This document shows, one piece after another, positions 47,185 to 61,027 of a stretch of DNA of 64,000 bases (position 1 is the stretch's first letter; every line of letters begins with the position of its first letter). Both the position numbers and the translations under genes were made by a program. This stretch comes from Octopus sinensis (Eukaryota), in contig NC_043017.1 of the NCBI RefSeq assembly GCF_006345805.1, positions 18,848,001 to 18,912,000 on the forward strand. The letters run 5' to 3'. Below the pieces are notes generated by a model. That model saw only the letters and a list, made by a program, of their open reading frames with translations, was not told where the DNA came from and made no database searches.

Positions 47185-48642
47185 CTGAAATAATAAAAAA
47201 ATAGCATAAGATATAGGAGATCCAACAGAAAATATTCATATATTTGCAAATACAATCTTTTATATGATCAATTAACATTTACTTCTTAATTTTCTATTAA
47301 AATTACATCCTACAACATTGTGTGAAGTCTACATATTTACAGATTACGGCAATTTGAGATTGTGTAACACTATATTTGTTAAACTGCTGTAATTCGTTAC
47401 ATGCGGAAAGAGGCTTATCAAATACTTTAAACTCACAATGACACAAAACCAACAGAATGATAAACAATAGTGTCACATAGTGAGCGATGGCTGGCAAGCC
47501 TATAAAAAACATTGGAAGCCTAAATGGTGGTGTGTACATTTGCAAAGTGATTGTGCATCAAGAGAATTTTGTTGATCCAGCAAATAAGGACGTCCATATG
47601 TAAAATGTGGAAAACATAAAGTCAATTTGGTACGTCAGATAATTTTTCATGTCATATTTACACGAATTTATTCTGAGGAATTCTATACCGAAGAGAAAGA
47701 CATTTGTTCATGTTTTGGCTGCTATATCCAGTGTATACGTTAACAGTAAATTGACTTATTTATCTCCCCTTTAATTTTTATTTACTTTTTTAATTTCCCA
47801 TACTGAAGGATTACCATATATATGGATATTTTCAACCGAGACGTCACAACCATATCTGATTGTTGAAGTACTTCAATTATGTGAATGTACATATATTTAT
47901 GCGATTGCTAACACTAATCAATGGTTTATTCCACTGTTTGCAATCTTACGGTATTAGTAACAAGACTTTGACGATACGGGTATGCTAGTAGTAACTATAA
48001 TTTTTTTAAAAAACTAAAACGATACAGGGTGTGTTGTGTTTTGGACACCTCACGTTTTAGATCTGGCATGGGCAACCTTTACTGAGAAGTGGGCCTCACT
48101 ACTAAAAAGAAAAAATTCAAGGTAATTTTTCATTGACATGCCATTCAGAAAGTCCCGCGAACCGCAGTTTGACTTTGAACGTTCGAGAAAAACCGAAAGC
48201 AATTTTCAGTTTCATTTTTCTACAACCCCTCCCCCACCTCATATTTCAATCACTGTCTTTCCATGGAAATGTTTTTTGATTGTTATAATGTAATGTGGAC
48301 ATTACGAATCTCACTCTTACCTTTTGCATCCAAAATTTCAAAATAGTTTTCAAAATCAATATCGATAAATCTTAGTTATCTTCGTGCAAAAACACAAAAT
48401 ATTCAGTTAATACACAGAATTTTTAAAGCTTTAAACTAGAAGATAATTAACAGCAATAACCCTAAAACTGAATGTTAAGCGTATTAAAAAAAACTACCCC
48501 CTAATTATAAACAAGGTGGACACTGCGCAGGGTCAAAAGAAAAATATGGAAGTGACATGTTAAATACAAGGATCACCAAACATAATATTGATGGGAGAAG
48601 AAAAGACGGCTGAAAAAAGAAAACTATATGCACAAAAAATAC
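47185..48642 (-). other. Predicted 5'-UTR intron, gene 5
   Basis: GAG|GTATTT donor; TTTATTATTTCAG| acceptor. Confidence 0.6.
47470..47795 (+). mobile_element. Merlin (ISXO2-like DDE) transposase fragment in the gene 5 intron
   Basis: HIVSDGWQAY / NIGSLNGGVY...VHQENFVDPANKDVHM*NVEN / SYLHEFILR; ends in TTATCTCCCCT, like the 29.3-kb copy. Confidence 0.7.
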
Positions 48643-48878
48643 CTCGTATAAATCACAGCTATTGTTAGGAAGTCAGTGGTGGTGGTCATTGGTAGGAAGG
48701 CAATAGCGTTGATGAATGGTGTGTCATACCGTTAAATGTGTGTGTGTACATGTATAGTAGGTTAATATGTCTACTTTTTCTTGATAATTATATATTTCAA
48801 GCTAAATATACTATTCTTTAGAAAGCCTTTATTCGATCAAAATATAATCTATGTTCCTTTGTCAATTGCAGTCTGTAA

Positions 48879-48893
48879 GTTGGAGCATGCGCA
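48879..48893 (-). promoter_or_regulatory. Diverged promoter motif, gene 5
   Basis: Minus strand TGCGCATGCTCCAAC; lacks CCGGA, like gene 4. Confidence 0.55.
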
Positions 48894-49262
48894 TACAGAA
48901 ATAGTTATTAGCAAAGGTTATATCCTGGATCGGTGTGTGTATAGACACATGTACACAAATATGTCTGTGTATACATTAACATTTCAAAATGATGGGGATA
49001 AGGTTTTATGAAAATTTTTGAAAATCTATGATTTCTTATCACCTCACTCCCCGGGGCCCTCAAGATGGACTTATTCAATCATTTCATCCACCTGGTTGAT
49101 GTATACATCCAGCAACAAACTACTACAAGATGTCAACGACGATGGTGGAAGTTGGCTACTTTCTCAGTTTTACAATGTGCGAAGACTAATATCGATGCCT
49201 TAAGTAATATATTACATATATGAGATGCTCAACATCTCTCAATCGATGCTAACATTCCACGA

Positions 49263-49280
49263 TGCGCATGTTCAGCCGGA
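49263..49280 (+). promoter_or_regulatory. Conserved promoter motif, gene 6
   Basis: TGCGCATGTTCAGCCGGA, followed by A. Confidence 0.65.
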
Positions 49281-49467
49281 ACCTGAATTCGGCCTTCAAA
49301 CATAAAAACATACTAGGTTGATGCATGAATTGACGAAGCGACTGTTTATTTCCCATGTTATAATATATTTATCAATGATATATGTATATATATATAGTGG
49401 GGGAAATTTTCTCTTGATCAACACGACCACCGTCTCATACTTCCTAACAAGCTATGATTCATAAAAG

Positions 49468-50361
49468 GTATTTTTTTTTTTTTTGATTTTTCACAATCAA
49501 ACGTCATTTCTACGCTCATAATCTGAGTGCTTTCTTTTGTTTGATTCATATAAAATTGTGACATTCCTGAAAAGAAACTAATTTTTATCACATGCCACAA
49601 CAGTCAGAACTGACCTAGGGATGTAAACAACAACGAATGACCGGTTTGAATACAACCGAATGTTATCGCCCACCATTGTGTAGTTTAACATACATAATGT
49701 TAGACAATGTGATGGTGAGGCTGTGATGTATTTCTATTAATATTGTTTTGGTTTTGTGTAGTCATTACCAGTTATGGGCCTTGTTAAGGCCTGTAAGTTA
49801 CTCTTTCAAAAGCGACTTTCTATAGTTTAATATATGATATAAAAGTAGGCAACAAATAATGAAGGCAAGCTTCTAACAATGCAGAAAGGGAAAGTTGAGT
49901 AGGCATTTCATAATTCATGCAAAAAAGCTCATCATCAGAAGCGAACTGTCTAAAAATGGGAGTTTGTGGAGATGATGCGACATTGATGACTCTCACTGCC
50001 CTTTCGGCAATAAAAATGACAGAATCTACCTATACTCATACTTGTAAACAGCATAGTTCTTTATGATGAACCTTATGCCTCCAATATATAAAGATTGTTC
50101 AAATTCCACTTTTCATATTGTTAGAAGTCTTTCTACGCTACTCCATATTTTTCTTATGTTACACTAATACAATATTTGTAAATATGTAGACTTTACACAA
50201 AGTTGTATGTTGTAATTTTAGAAATTAATTGAACTTTCTGTTCAGTGATTGAGATAAATGGTTAGATATACAGCTTAATGGATAGAGAAAGGTTGATAAT
50301 TTTCTGTTGTTCAAGATATTCAGCTTCACTTATATCTTAAACTGTTTCTCTATTATTTCAG
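49468..50361 (+). other. Predicted 5'-UTR intron, gene 6
   Basis: AAG|GTATTT donor; CTCTATTATTTCAG| acceptor. Confidence 0.65.
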
Positions 50362-50579
50362 ATATAACAGATGGTATCTGCATAAAAGAATTTTTTTCCC
50401 TTTACATTCATCATCATTTATCATCTAAAGACTGAGGTTATTATATTATTGGATTCTAATTTTTCTACTTCACTGTCTAATAATTTCAACTTGGACATCT
50501 TTCTAAAGGAGTTCCTACAATCTTCAGAAATCAACAGAGGTCCAAGTTCTTTCATGGAAATAGTGAGAAACGAAAAATT

Positions 50580-51767
50580 ATGGAAAACACATTATGTGAC
50601 AAATCATTTACGCTTCAGATAGAGTCTGAAAACATTAATTTTGCTGATAAAATGTTGAAAGGGACAAGAAAAGCATCGAACTACTGTGATATCTGTGGTA
50701 AATCATTCGCACACAGAAACTCTTTAACTGCTCACAAACGTATTCATACAGGGGAGAAGCCACATCAGTGTAATATTTGTGGCAAATCATTTATTTCAAG
50801 TTGTCACTTAACTACTCATATACGTACTCATACAGGAGAGAAGCCTTATCACTGTGATATCTGTGGTAAATCATTTGCTCATAGTACTCACTTAACTGTA
50901 CATAAATATATTCATACAGGAGGGCAGCCATACCATTGTGATATCTGTGGTAAATCAATGTCTTCAAACAGTAAATTAAAAGTGCACAAACGTTTCCATA
51001 CTGGAGAGAAGCCATTTCAGTGTGACATCTGTGGGAAATCATTCTCTATTAGTAGTCACTTAACTACTCACAAATATATTCATACAGGAGTGAAACCATA
51101 TCACTGTGATATCTGTGGTAAATCATTCTCTGTAGGGAGTAACCTAAATACTCACAAACGACTTCATACAGGAGAAAAGCCATACCACTGTGACATCTGT
51201 GGCAAAACCTTATCTGATTCAGGTAACTTAACTAGTCACAAACGTATTCATACAGGAGAGAAACGATACCTTTGTGATATTTGTGGTAAATCATTTTCTC
51301 ACAGTGGTCGTTTAACTACTCACAAACGCATTCACACAGGAGAAAAGCCATATCACTGTGAAATTTGTGGTAAAGCATTCACTACCACAGGTGAAGTAAC
51401 TGTTCACCAACATATTCATACAGGAGACAAGCCATATTCATGTGATATCTGTGGTAAGTCATTTCCTCGTAGAGAATCATTACCTATTCACAAACGTATA
51501 CATACAGGTGAGAAGCCATATCGCTGTGATATCTGTGGTAAATCATTCGCAGTGTCAACTACCTTAACTATACACAAGCGCAGTCATACAGGAGAGAAAC
51601 CATATCACTGTGATACCTGTGGTAAATCATTCACTACAACAAGTTACTTGACTAAACACAAACACATTCACACACGAGATGTGTCATATCACTGTGATAT
51701 CTGTGGCAAATCATTTTCTCAGAAACGTCATTTCACTGCCCATGCATTGGTTCATAGAGAAAAATAA
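50580..51767 (+). CDS. C2H2 zinc-finger gene 6 (13 fingers)
   Basis: 395-aa ORF starting [10 protein letters not shown]. Confidence 0.95.
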   Translation: MENTLCDKSFTLQIESENINFADKMLKGTRKASNYCDICGKSFAHRNSLTAHKRIHTGEKPHQCNICGKSFISSCHLTTHIRTHTGEKPYHCDICGKSFAHSTHLTVHKYIHTGGQPYHCDICGKSMSSNSKLKVHKRFHTGEKPFQCDICGKSFSISSHLTTHKYIHTGVKPYHCDICGKSFSVGSNLNTHKRLHTGEKPYHCDICGKTLSDSGNLTSHKRIHTGEKRYLCDICGKSFSHSGRLTTHKRIHTGEKPYHCEICGKAFTTTGEVTVHQHIHTGDKPYSCDICGKSFPRRESLPIHKRIHTGEKPYRCDICGKSFAVSTTLTIHKRSHTGEKPYHCDTCGKSFTTTSYLTKHKHIHTRDVSYHCDICGKSFSQKRHFTAHALVHREK

Positions 51768-51919
51768 CTGTGTCAAGTCACTGTACGATGTGCTGTAAAC
51801 AAAATATCTAACCTTAAATGTATTCATGGAGAGAGCTAGCTCTCTCTTTCAAGATTATAATTTATGTGACGACAACTAATATCTAGAGTCTTGAGATATC
51901 TTACCACTTTGATTATTTA

Positions 51920-51925
51920 AATAAA
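51920..51925 (+). terminator. Candidate polyadenylation signal, gene 6
   Basis: AATAAA within AATAAAAGTATTGTTTCAGAAA, also present after gene 8. Confidence 0.4.
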
Positions 51926-52689
51926 AGTATTGTTTCAGAAAGTATACATATATATTGCAACTAACATATTTCCTGAGGGAAGACATAGAATGAATTTATT
52001 GGATGTTGTGTGAAAATAACTGAGAAATAAAAGTGCAGAACACATCAGGATAAAAGTATGATGTCTTGTATATAGTGTTTGTCTTTTATACATTCAATCT
52101 TGTATATTCTTCAACAAACAGTGTATGTACATAATCTATCTTTTTGAAATTCGTTCCTATATTCTATATTCTGTGTCAAATGTTACGTATTTTTCTCAAC
52201 AATGGAATGGGTCATGATTTAAATAATGGAATAAAGCTAAATATTTTTGGCTTTAACATTGGAGAAAGTTATTGGTGCTCTTGTACAATACTCCTATTAC
52301 TTTCTTGACCTACTCCTACTTCCTGCACCTTCATCTAAATTGGTAGGTTGCTGGAGTATTTTGGAGGGAGACATAGTACATAATGAGAGATTGTTTGGTT
52401 CTGTGGTGAGTGATGAATCAGTTTAATATGAGTGGAGATAACAATAGCAATGGGTGAAAAATGGTGAACAAAAGATATGGTTCCAGATAGTGAGAAAAAA
52501 AATAAAGTGGTATCAAGGGAGAGCTGCAGTGAAGGACATGTACAGAGGAGGGAAATGATATGAGGAGACAGGTCAAGGTGGTCATTTGTACACATGTATA
52601 TATATATATGTTTACATACACACACACACCGCTTTCAAAACTCAATTTCATTAAGCAGGGCTGGTTTTCTGAAGAACTGCAAATTGTCG

Positions 52690-53080
52690 GTCTTCCTGTT
52701 CCTTTGACATATTTTCCATGGGGCTCAAGGTCTTGAAGTTAGCCTTACACCACTTCCTCCCATGTCTTACTGTTTCTGCCTCTTCCACAAGCTCCAATCA
52801 TGTGATTGGTACTTCTTCATACAACTGTCCATATATGGATCATATTCATACAAGTGCCATCTTGTTTTTTTGCACACCACATGTGATTCATCTTGTGACA
52901 AGTTTTCTCTTTATAGTTTGTCATTGAAGCACACTTACATTGCAGAGCCAGTAAAGAATGCACAATTTTTTTTTGTCTTCCCAAGTCCTCTACCATCAAA
53001 GCTTGTCTCTCACTACCATGCATTATTGTAGTTCTGATGTAAGATTCATACAATCAGCTCTTCACTCTGTGGGTAAAACA
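52690..53080 (-). mobile_element. Decayed RTE 3' fragment
   Basis: YIRTTIMHGSE; GACGRGRNSKTWEEV-like sequence. Confidence 0.65.
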
Positions 53081-53499
53081 CTAGTTTTCATACCCACAAA
53101 CAGTAGTAGTATCTCCTTGAACTTTCTTTAACTGGTCTCACTCGGGATATAATTTCTTTTGTAGCAACCACCTCACTTGCAAATTACAGCCTATAGATAT
53201 AAAAAAATTATCAACTAATTTTAGTGAGCTATCTAGGTATTTGAGACTTTCTATTTCCAGAGTGTTTGTAATGCATACTGCTCCAGTTCATCTATCACAT
53301 ACGAAACAGGTTCTATGGTAGTCTGCTTGTGATTTCACTTCTCTTGCTTCCATTGGCTACACTACATCTTATGCATTTTTTGCATATGAAATCAGACTAA
53401 TTCCTGGAGGGTCCTATCATCATTTCTACTTTCTAAAACATTCTGTCCTAAATGTAAGGCTTACTGATTCTAATCTCAGCTTCCATATGGAGATTTTTG

Positions 53500-54640
53500 C
53501 CCTCCAATTCCTTTCTAGATTCAGGTATGAGAACTAGATTATCAGCATACAGGAGTTCCCATGGTCAGCCAGGCATAAACTCCTCTGTGCTGGCCTGGAC
53601 AGAGGACTAAGGACTGTGCCTTGATTGATTCCAACCCTCACACTAAATTACACTGAAGTAATTGTTGACTCTCACTCTACTGAGTGCATCTTTATAAATA
53701 ACTTGTACACCTCTCACAAGTCAGCACTTAGCTTCTTTAGTGACCATGAGATTACTATATGTGGTACCTTGACAAACACCATATCAACATAAACCAAGTA
53801 TAATTGTCTACTCTTAGGCAAGCATTTCTCTTGCAGTTGCCTCTCTCGGAAGATTGCATCTGCTGTACCTCTTCCAATTTGAAGGCCACACTGCTTTTTA
53901 TCTAGTTACAGCCTGTCACAAATCGATTGTACTATAATTCTGTGATTTTCATAACCTTATTCAATAATTTTATTCTTCTGTAGCTGCTTCTTAAGGTATT
54001 ACCCTTGCCTTTGTAACAGTTTATGATAATACTCCTATGCCTGACACTCTCCTTTATAACTTGATTTACTATCTGGACGGAAATCATGTATCCCATCTCA
54101 GCACATATCTTGAGCATCTCTGCTATGATCCATAATGGGCCTGCAGCTTTCCCCTTCAATATCCTTCATTACCTTATCTGCAATGCTACTTTCAAATTGC
54201 ATTGCTGGTCTGATGTCTTCCTGTGTATACCCCTTCCACAGGTTTCCATCAATATCAGAGATTAACACTTCTCTATACAGTTGTCTCCATAAGCATCATA
54301 TAACCATACCAGTGCAGTCTTCTCTCTTGCACACTACATCTGATACCCAATTTTTCTCTTAAATCATTTACACTCTGCCGTATTTGGACACTGTCATTAC
54401 TCATCCAGCAGAGCAAGCTGGATTCATTTCTTTCAAGCATTTGCATATCCTCAGTTGTCACAGCCCATATTTCACTGCGATATGGCATAGACAGGCATCA
54501 TACGGTTTGCCTTTTACTGTGAGGGAGAGGCACTTGTTTACCAACAAAGGTAGTGGCTCTCTGAACTTTGCCCAGCATGTTTTTATTCAAGCAACTACGC
54601 TTTCACAGCTTCCTCCCCCATTGATAACTTGGTCACCTAG
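53500..54640 (-). mobile_element. Decayed RTE LINE RT region
   Basis: MKGKAAGP...AEMLKI, IIINCYKGKG...YRRIKLL and YRSEIWAVTTEDMQMLERNESS. Confidence 0.8.
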
Positions 54641-55622
54641 GTAACAGAACATATATCTACATATGTATAGCTACATTTATAGATATATACATGCAGGAAC
54701 ACACAGTGTACACGTGTCAAGGTTTTTAATGGAGCTTCAAATAGATGTACCACTGCAATACCCCTAAATAGCATGTGAGACAAATTCAAAATGATATGAA
54801 CTATTTGACATTAAATGTTTCATCTCTTTTCTTCTTATAAAATTGTGGTAGAGAAAGAATTGGTTAAACTCTGTTTACAATTTTCCTATAAGAGAAGAGA
54901 AAGTACATTCAATATTGATCTGTGGTGCCCAATAACTGTTTTAAGGGTCATGATTTCAGTAAAAGAGTTCACCCATGGGGATTGATTTTAATTTAAATGC
55001 TGTTTATAACACTCAACAAATGGAGAGCACTTCAGCCTCCCTCAAGACTGGATATGAACAGCGGTGGGATCTTTTTGAAATTTTAAAATTTAGTATATTG
55101 ATATAATTTTTCACACTGAATCTCATGTTGGTATTCACTTGTTCTAGAAAAATTTTAGAAAAACGTTAGAGAGATTTAAAGTTTGATTATTTTTATCCAA
55201 TCAGAAAACAGGATTGGGAAGCTGGCATTTTAGGTGTGATGACAAGATATTCAACAGTGGAAGCTTTAGTAAGTTTTAATGTAATCAGAGAAAGCAGACA
55301 GGAGTTTGGACTTAGTAAGGGTAAACTTTGCTTTTAAAGCAGCGTCAGCATAGAGTGGCATGCATACTCTTTTGTTGAAGTGTTAAGTTGGTAGAGCAGA
55401 TCCTTTTCACTCTTTTCATTATTATTATTAGCTACTATCAACAACAAAAATAATAATCTGCTGAAAATTTGAGAAAAGAGAAATCGACATTCATTGAAGA
55501 GATCAAAAGGGCGATCTTACGGTATAAGTACTAAGATCGCCGGCTTCTTTCTCAGTCTCATGACGTGCAAGGAGCGATATCGGTGTCTAGGTATACATTG
55601 CATATGTGTTATCTTTGCACGA

Positions 55623-55640
55623 TGCGCATGTTCAGCCGGA
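55623..55640 (+). promoter_or_regulatory. Conserved promoter motif, gene 7
   Basis: TGCGCATGTTCAGCCGGA, followed by AG. Confidence 0.65.
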
Positions 55641-55810
55641 AGATGAAATCGGTCTTCGAACACAAACTGTACTGTATTAGTTTGTTGCAAAAATTGTTGA
55701 ACAAACAGCAGTATTTATTTCGCAAGTTATGATATATACATGCACTTACACGCAGAGCGGATAAAATTTTCTCTTCAACACACGACCATCGTCACTGTTA
55801 TTCATACGAG

Positions 55811-56654
55811 GTATTTTTACTGACTTTTCACATTCAAACACTGTTTCATTCAGCAAAGCAATGTGGTCTTCTGCTTGACTCGTCATTTAACTCGAATTTA
55901 CACCGCAGAAACTCTCACAACAGTAGAACTGACCTCGGACTATGAACAACGACGAATGACCTGCTTGGATAGAACCGAATGTTATCGACATCCATTCTGT
56001 AGTTTAATATATGTGATAGTGCTATATTTTAGCTGGACGTTTCTATTATTGTTTTGGTTGTTTCGTCATTGCCAGTTACGGGCCTTGTGAAGCCTGTAAT
56101 TTACTTATTCTTTCGAAAGCAACTTTCTGTAGTTTAACATAATACAAAAGCATTGTGATACAGAAATTAAAGTAACAATGCAAAAAGGGGGAGTTGAATA
56201 GCCTTAACATAATTCATGCCAAAAAGCCAATCATCAGAAGCGCACGGTTTAAAAATCAGAGTTTGTGTAGATGGTGCGACTTAGATGACTCTCATTATCC
56301 TTTAAATGACAGAATCTGCATATACTCACATTTGTAAACAGCTTAGTTCTCAAGATGGACCTTCGTGCCTGCGTTATATGATGATTACTCAACATCCACT
56401 TTTCACATTTTTAGAAGTCCTTCGTTTTTTAAAATTTTGTATGTTACACAATAGCCATGTGAAGCTATAATTTGTATACATGTAGACTTTACTCAAGGTT
56501 GTATGATGTAATTACGAAAATCAATTGAACTTTACTGATCAGCGATTGATGCAAATGTTTATATCTAGTTTAACCAATATACAAGGGTAGACAGTTTTCT
56601 GCAGTTGAATATTTAACTTCCCCTATATCTTACACTGTTTCTCTATTATTTCAG
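55811..56654 (+). other. Predicted 5'-UTR intron, gene 7
   Basis: GAG|GTATTT donor; CTCTATTATTTCAG| acceptor. Confidence 0.65.
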
Positions 56655-56915
56655 ATATAATAGATGGTATCTGCATAAAAGAATTTTTTTCTTTAAGATT
56701 CAGTATTAATTACTTAAAGACTGATTATCATATTATTGGATTCTAATTTTTCTACTTTGTAATATAGTGAAGAGCGATTCGCATTCTAACTAAACTTGGA
56801 CATCTTTCCAAGGGAGTTTCTACCATCTTCAGAAATCAACAGGGAACAAATTTGAAGGAAATCTCTTTCAATAAAATAAAAATGAACTACAAAAATTAGT
56901 GAGAAACGAAAGATA

Positions 56916-58104
56916 ATGGAAAATACATTATGTGAAAAAACCATTTACACTTGAGACGGAGTCTGAAAACATGAATTTTGCAAATGAAATGCCAAAAGAG
57001 ACAGGAAAAAAGTCAAATGAGTGTGATATCTGTGGTAAATCATTCGCACACAGAAACTATTTATCTGCTCACAAACGTATTCATACAGGGGAGAAACCAC
57101 ATCAGTGTAATATTTGTGGTAAAGCTTTCATTTCAACTGGTCACTTAACTACTCATATACGTACACATACAGGTGAGAAGCCTTATCACTGTGATATCTG
57201 TGGTAAATCATTTGCTCGGAGTCATCAGTTGACTGTCCATAAATACATTCATACAGGAGGGCAACCATTTCATTGTGATATCTGTGGTAAATCTATATCT
57301 TCAAAGAGTAAATTAACTGTACACAAACGCTTTCATACTGGAGAGAAACCATTTCACTGTGATATTTGTGGTAAATCTTTCTCTATTAGTAGTCACTTAA
57401 CTACTCACAAATATATTCATACAGGAGTGAAACCATATCACTGTGATATCTGTGGTAAATCATTCTCTGTAGGAAGTAGCCTAAATACTCACAAACGACT
57501 TCATACAGGAGAAAAGCCGTATCATTGTGATATCTGTGGCAAAACATTATCTGATCAAGGTAACTTAGCTAGTCACAAACGTACTCATACAGGAGAGAAA
57601 CGATACCTCTGTGATATTTGTGGAAAATCATTCTCTTACAGTAGATGTTTAATTGTTCACAAACGCAGTCACACTGGAGAAAAACCATATCACTGTGAAA
57701 TCTGTGGTAAATCATTTGCTACTACACGTACAGTAACTGTTCACCAACACATTCATACAGGAGATAAGTCATATTCATGTGATATCTGTGGTAAGTCATT
57801 TCTTCGTAGAGAGTCATTACCTATTCACAAACGTGTGCATACAGGTGAGAAGCCATATCACTGTGATATCTGTGGTAAATCATTCTCAGGATTAACTAAC
57901 TTAACTCTTCACAAACGCAGTCATACAGGGGAGAAACCATATATCTGCGACACCTGTGGTAAATCATTCACTACAACAAGTTACTTAACTAAACACAAAC
58001 ACATTCACACACGAGATGTGCCATATCACTGTGATATCTGTGGTAAATCATTTTCTCAAAAGCGTCATTTCACTGCCCATGCATCAATTCATACAGAAAA
58101 ATAA
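56916..58104 (+). CDS. C2H2 zinc-finger gene 7 (13 fingers; +1 frameshift after codon 7, or restart at ATG 56971)
   Basis: ATG at 56916 (MENTLCE) matches the starts of genes 6 and 8 but is out of frame because of an A6 run at 56935-56940. The finger ORF is open from 56932 to 58104. Confidence 0.8.
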
Positions 58105-58430
58105 CTGTGTAAATGTATGATGTGCTATGAAAAATACCTAACCATAAATGTATTCATAGAGAGAGAGGCAGACAAATTTCTCAAGATGTAACAACTAACA
58201 TCTAGAGTCTTGAATGGCATCTGCCAACATTAAGTAGGATACTGAGCCTCCCCCCTCTCAAAACAGCTGTTGGACTTTAACCCCTTACCTTCTCCCCTTT
58301 AATTTTCTCTGTCATTTGTTTTCAGTGTAAGTTAGATTTATTGGCATATAAATATCTGTATATCTATACTTAAATAACTTAAATATACCTCTTGAATATC
58401 TTTAGTTTGCTATCTTTCTGTTTTCATGTA

Positions 58431-58481
<51 letters not shown>

Positions 58482-58759
58482 TAGCTTTTAAGCAGCTAAC
58501 CCCCAAATGGGAAGATCTGCAAACAGATCTCTGACTTGTTTTGGAGAATTTGTTGTAATTGCTTCCTGCAGAGTCATATCCCAATGATGATCATATTTGT
58601 CGAAAAAAAAAAATGTCAAAAAAATCACCGTAATGAAAACATAGGAATCCAAAATTTCAGGATTCGACCCGGAATGTTCTTAACTTACAGAAATCAACCT
58701 AATTCCAAAATGGTATGATATGCTGGGCTACTTCATTTCAGTTAAAGTGTATTTTATAT

Positions 58760-58769
58760 GTGTGTGTAT

Positions 58770-58836
<67 letters not shown>
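58760..58836. repeat. (GT)n(AT)n microsatellite
   Basis: Read directly; another (GT)n(AT)n run at about 58430-58481. Confidence 0.9.
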
Positions 58837-58839
<3 letters not shown>

Positions 58840-59399
58840 ATAATAAAACAAAAATGACAGTGTTCAGTATCTCAGCGACAGGAATTTCTGTCAAAGAGAC
58901 ATGGTTAAACAAAGTTGTACATCATCTCCCTCTTTCTCTCTTTTATTGTTACTCCCACTGTCACCATCAACACTATTACTTTTAATAAAACATCATCAGC
59001 TCTTCCTAAATTTTTTTGATTCTCTTTTTCTCTGTCTTCGCCATCTCTATGCCTAACTATTATTCTCACCCAATTATGAGGAATAGTAGGAGTGTCACTG
59101 AATAGTGAAAAAGGGGCTCTAAGTGTGACACACTGACACACAAATTAGTTTTCGCATTTATTATATTAGATATATATTTTGTATATCAAACTCAGGCTGT
59201 TATTTTATGTATTATTGCCTCCATATCTGCTCACTTCAACTCCTCTTATAGCCATGCTTTACCCTGCAGGATTGGTTACTTGGAAAGATATCAGAGTCTT
59301 AACTTCAAATCATTTGAGTGCAATTGTTTTCTCTGGGTCTCAACTGTTGACAGAGAAACAGTGCTGTTCAATAAAGGTTTGGCCTGGGTCAAGCAATCT

Positions 59400-59745
59400 G
59401 ACTCCATGGGCTCCTTTGATGTAGTGGTGTGGGTCTACAACAGCACTGATGTATGTATGTGACATCGTGTTGTATATCCGTGATACCCTTAAGAAAAAGT
59501 TCCTCTCTCTCCTCTTTGGTCTCTACAGAGACAACACTTTGGCTATCTCTAGAAAGCAAACAGGCATACCCAAGACAGGCTTAGGAAAGATCTGATTAGT
59601 ACACTTGGCTCCAAGGGACTGAAAATTACCACCGAGACCAATCTCACCACTGCAGACTTCTTACACATCACGCTCAACAGGCCCTACTGCAAGCCAAATG
59701 AGAGGCTAACGTACATCAACACAGCCTCCTGTCACCCAGGATTTA
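59400..59745 (+). mobile_element. Penelope-like element RT fragment
   Basis: MGSFD, DIVLYIRDTLKKKFLSLLFGLYRDN, GLKITTETNLTTADFLHITLN and RPYCKPNERLTYINTASCHP resemble Penelope RT motifs (MGSxDG, GLYRDD, KPN...SNHP). Confidence 0.7.
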
Positions 59746-60815
59746 GAAGCTGACATTTTGAGTGTGACGACACATTTTGTCCACATCTTGAAAATGGCAC
59801 GTATGCTTTTATACGACACCATAGCTGTGATAATCAAAAGCTGTGCAATCGCTGACCCCAGTTCTTCAACATAAAATCGGATTGAAGTTAATTCCTTAGC
59901 CTATGAATATAGGAAAAGCACTAGAGTCTTAAGAGTAAGGGTGCCACCTTCAATCCATGTGTCTTTCCTCACTGACACAGACTCCATGCATCCTTGATGT
60001 GAACATTAGCAATACATATTCCCACCAAGTTTTCTTGTACTCATAAAATGCTTCTCCATTTTCCATAATTTTCTTTGGGGTATGACATGCTTTTCTGGCA
60101 AGTACAAAACCACATCCTCCTTTTGTTTGTGATTTAAGGTCTATTTGGTTGCTATTTTTGGCACACATGACAACCACCTCAATGACTGAAATATATTTGT
60201 CAACACATGCTTTCTCACAGACAAAAGAGTTCTCATGTTTGGCTTGTTACTATGGTAACACACTAATGTCTATAGCTTACAATTGTCTGAAATTACTGAA
60301 AATTTTATATAATGAAATTATTGTATACAGTGCTAGGTGCACCACAACTTGTCAAAAAAATGAAACAAGCCTACTTCGGGAGAATTTGAACTCATAATGT
60401 AAATCTGGAGGAAACGAATCTAAGCATTTTGTCTCCTTATTTGTTGATTTATGGCGAAAATGATTTTCATGGCATTGATTAGTATAGAAAAATATATCAT
60501 TACACTGAATATGAAACCAATTCGAACAGAAATTGAAGAGACTGAAAATTAGCAGCCAAACAGAAAAGATCCGAATCGCAATCTACACTATCTGAAAGGT
60601 ATTTGCAGAAAATTTCATTCAAAAAAGATTCGTTTTCTGGAAGTTATGAGGAAAGTTTGGTGGGGAGGGAAACATTTGAGTAGATATGCCAGGTTTTCTC
60701 TGTGTTAGAAGTGTAATTTTAGAAAAGAGAAACCGACATTCCCAATAGAGCTGAAAAGCTATAGCAGCTGGTCACAAGATGTTGACGACTAGTGTGAGCT
60801 AGTAACTTTCCACAA

Positions 60816-60833
60816 TACGCATGTTCAACCGGA
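60816..60833 (+). promoter_or_regulatory. Conserved promoter motif, gene 8
   Basis: TACGCATGTTCAACCGGA, followed by AG. Confidence 0.6.
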
Positions 60834-61027
60834 AGCTGAATTCGGTCTTCTCCCAGAAAGTCTAATATCAAGCTAATAGTTTGATGTATAAACTGTAGAA
60901 GAAGCTTCCATATTTATGTTCCGGGTTATATTCATCAACAATATCTATCTATATACGCGCAGTGGAAGAAATTTTCTCTTCGGCAACACGACTAGCCTGA
61001 CTTTCTAATAGCAGTGATTCATATTAG

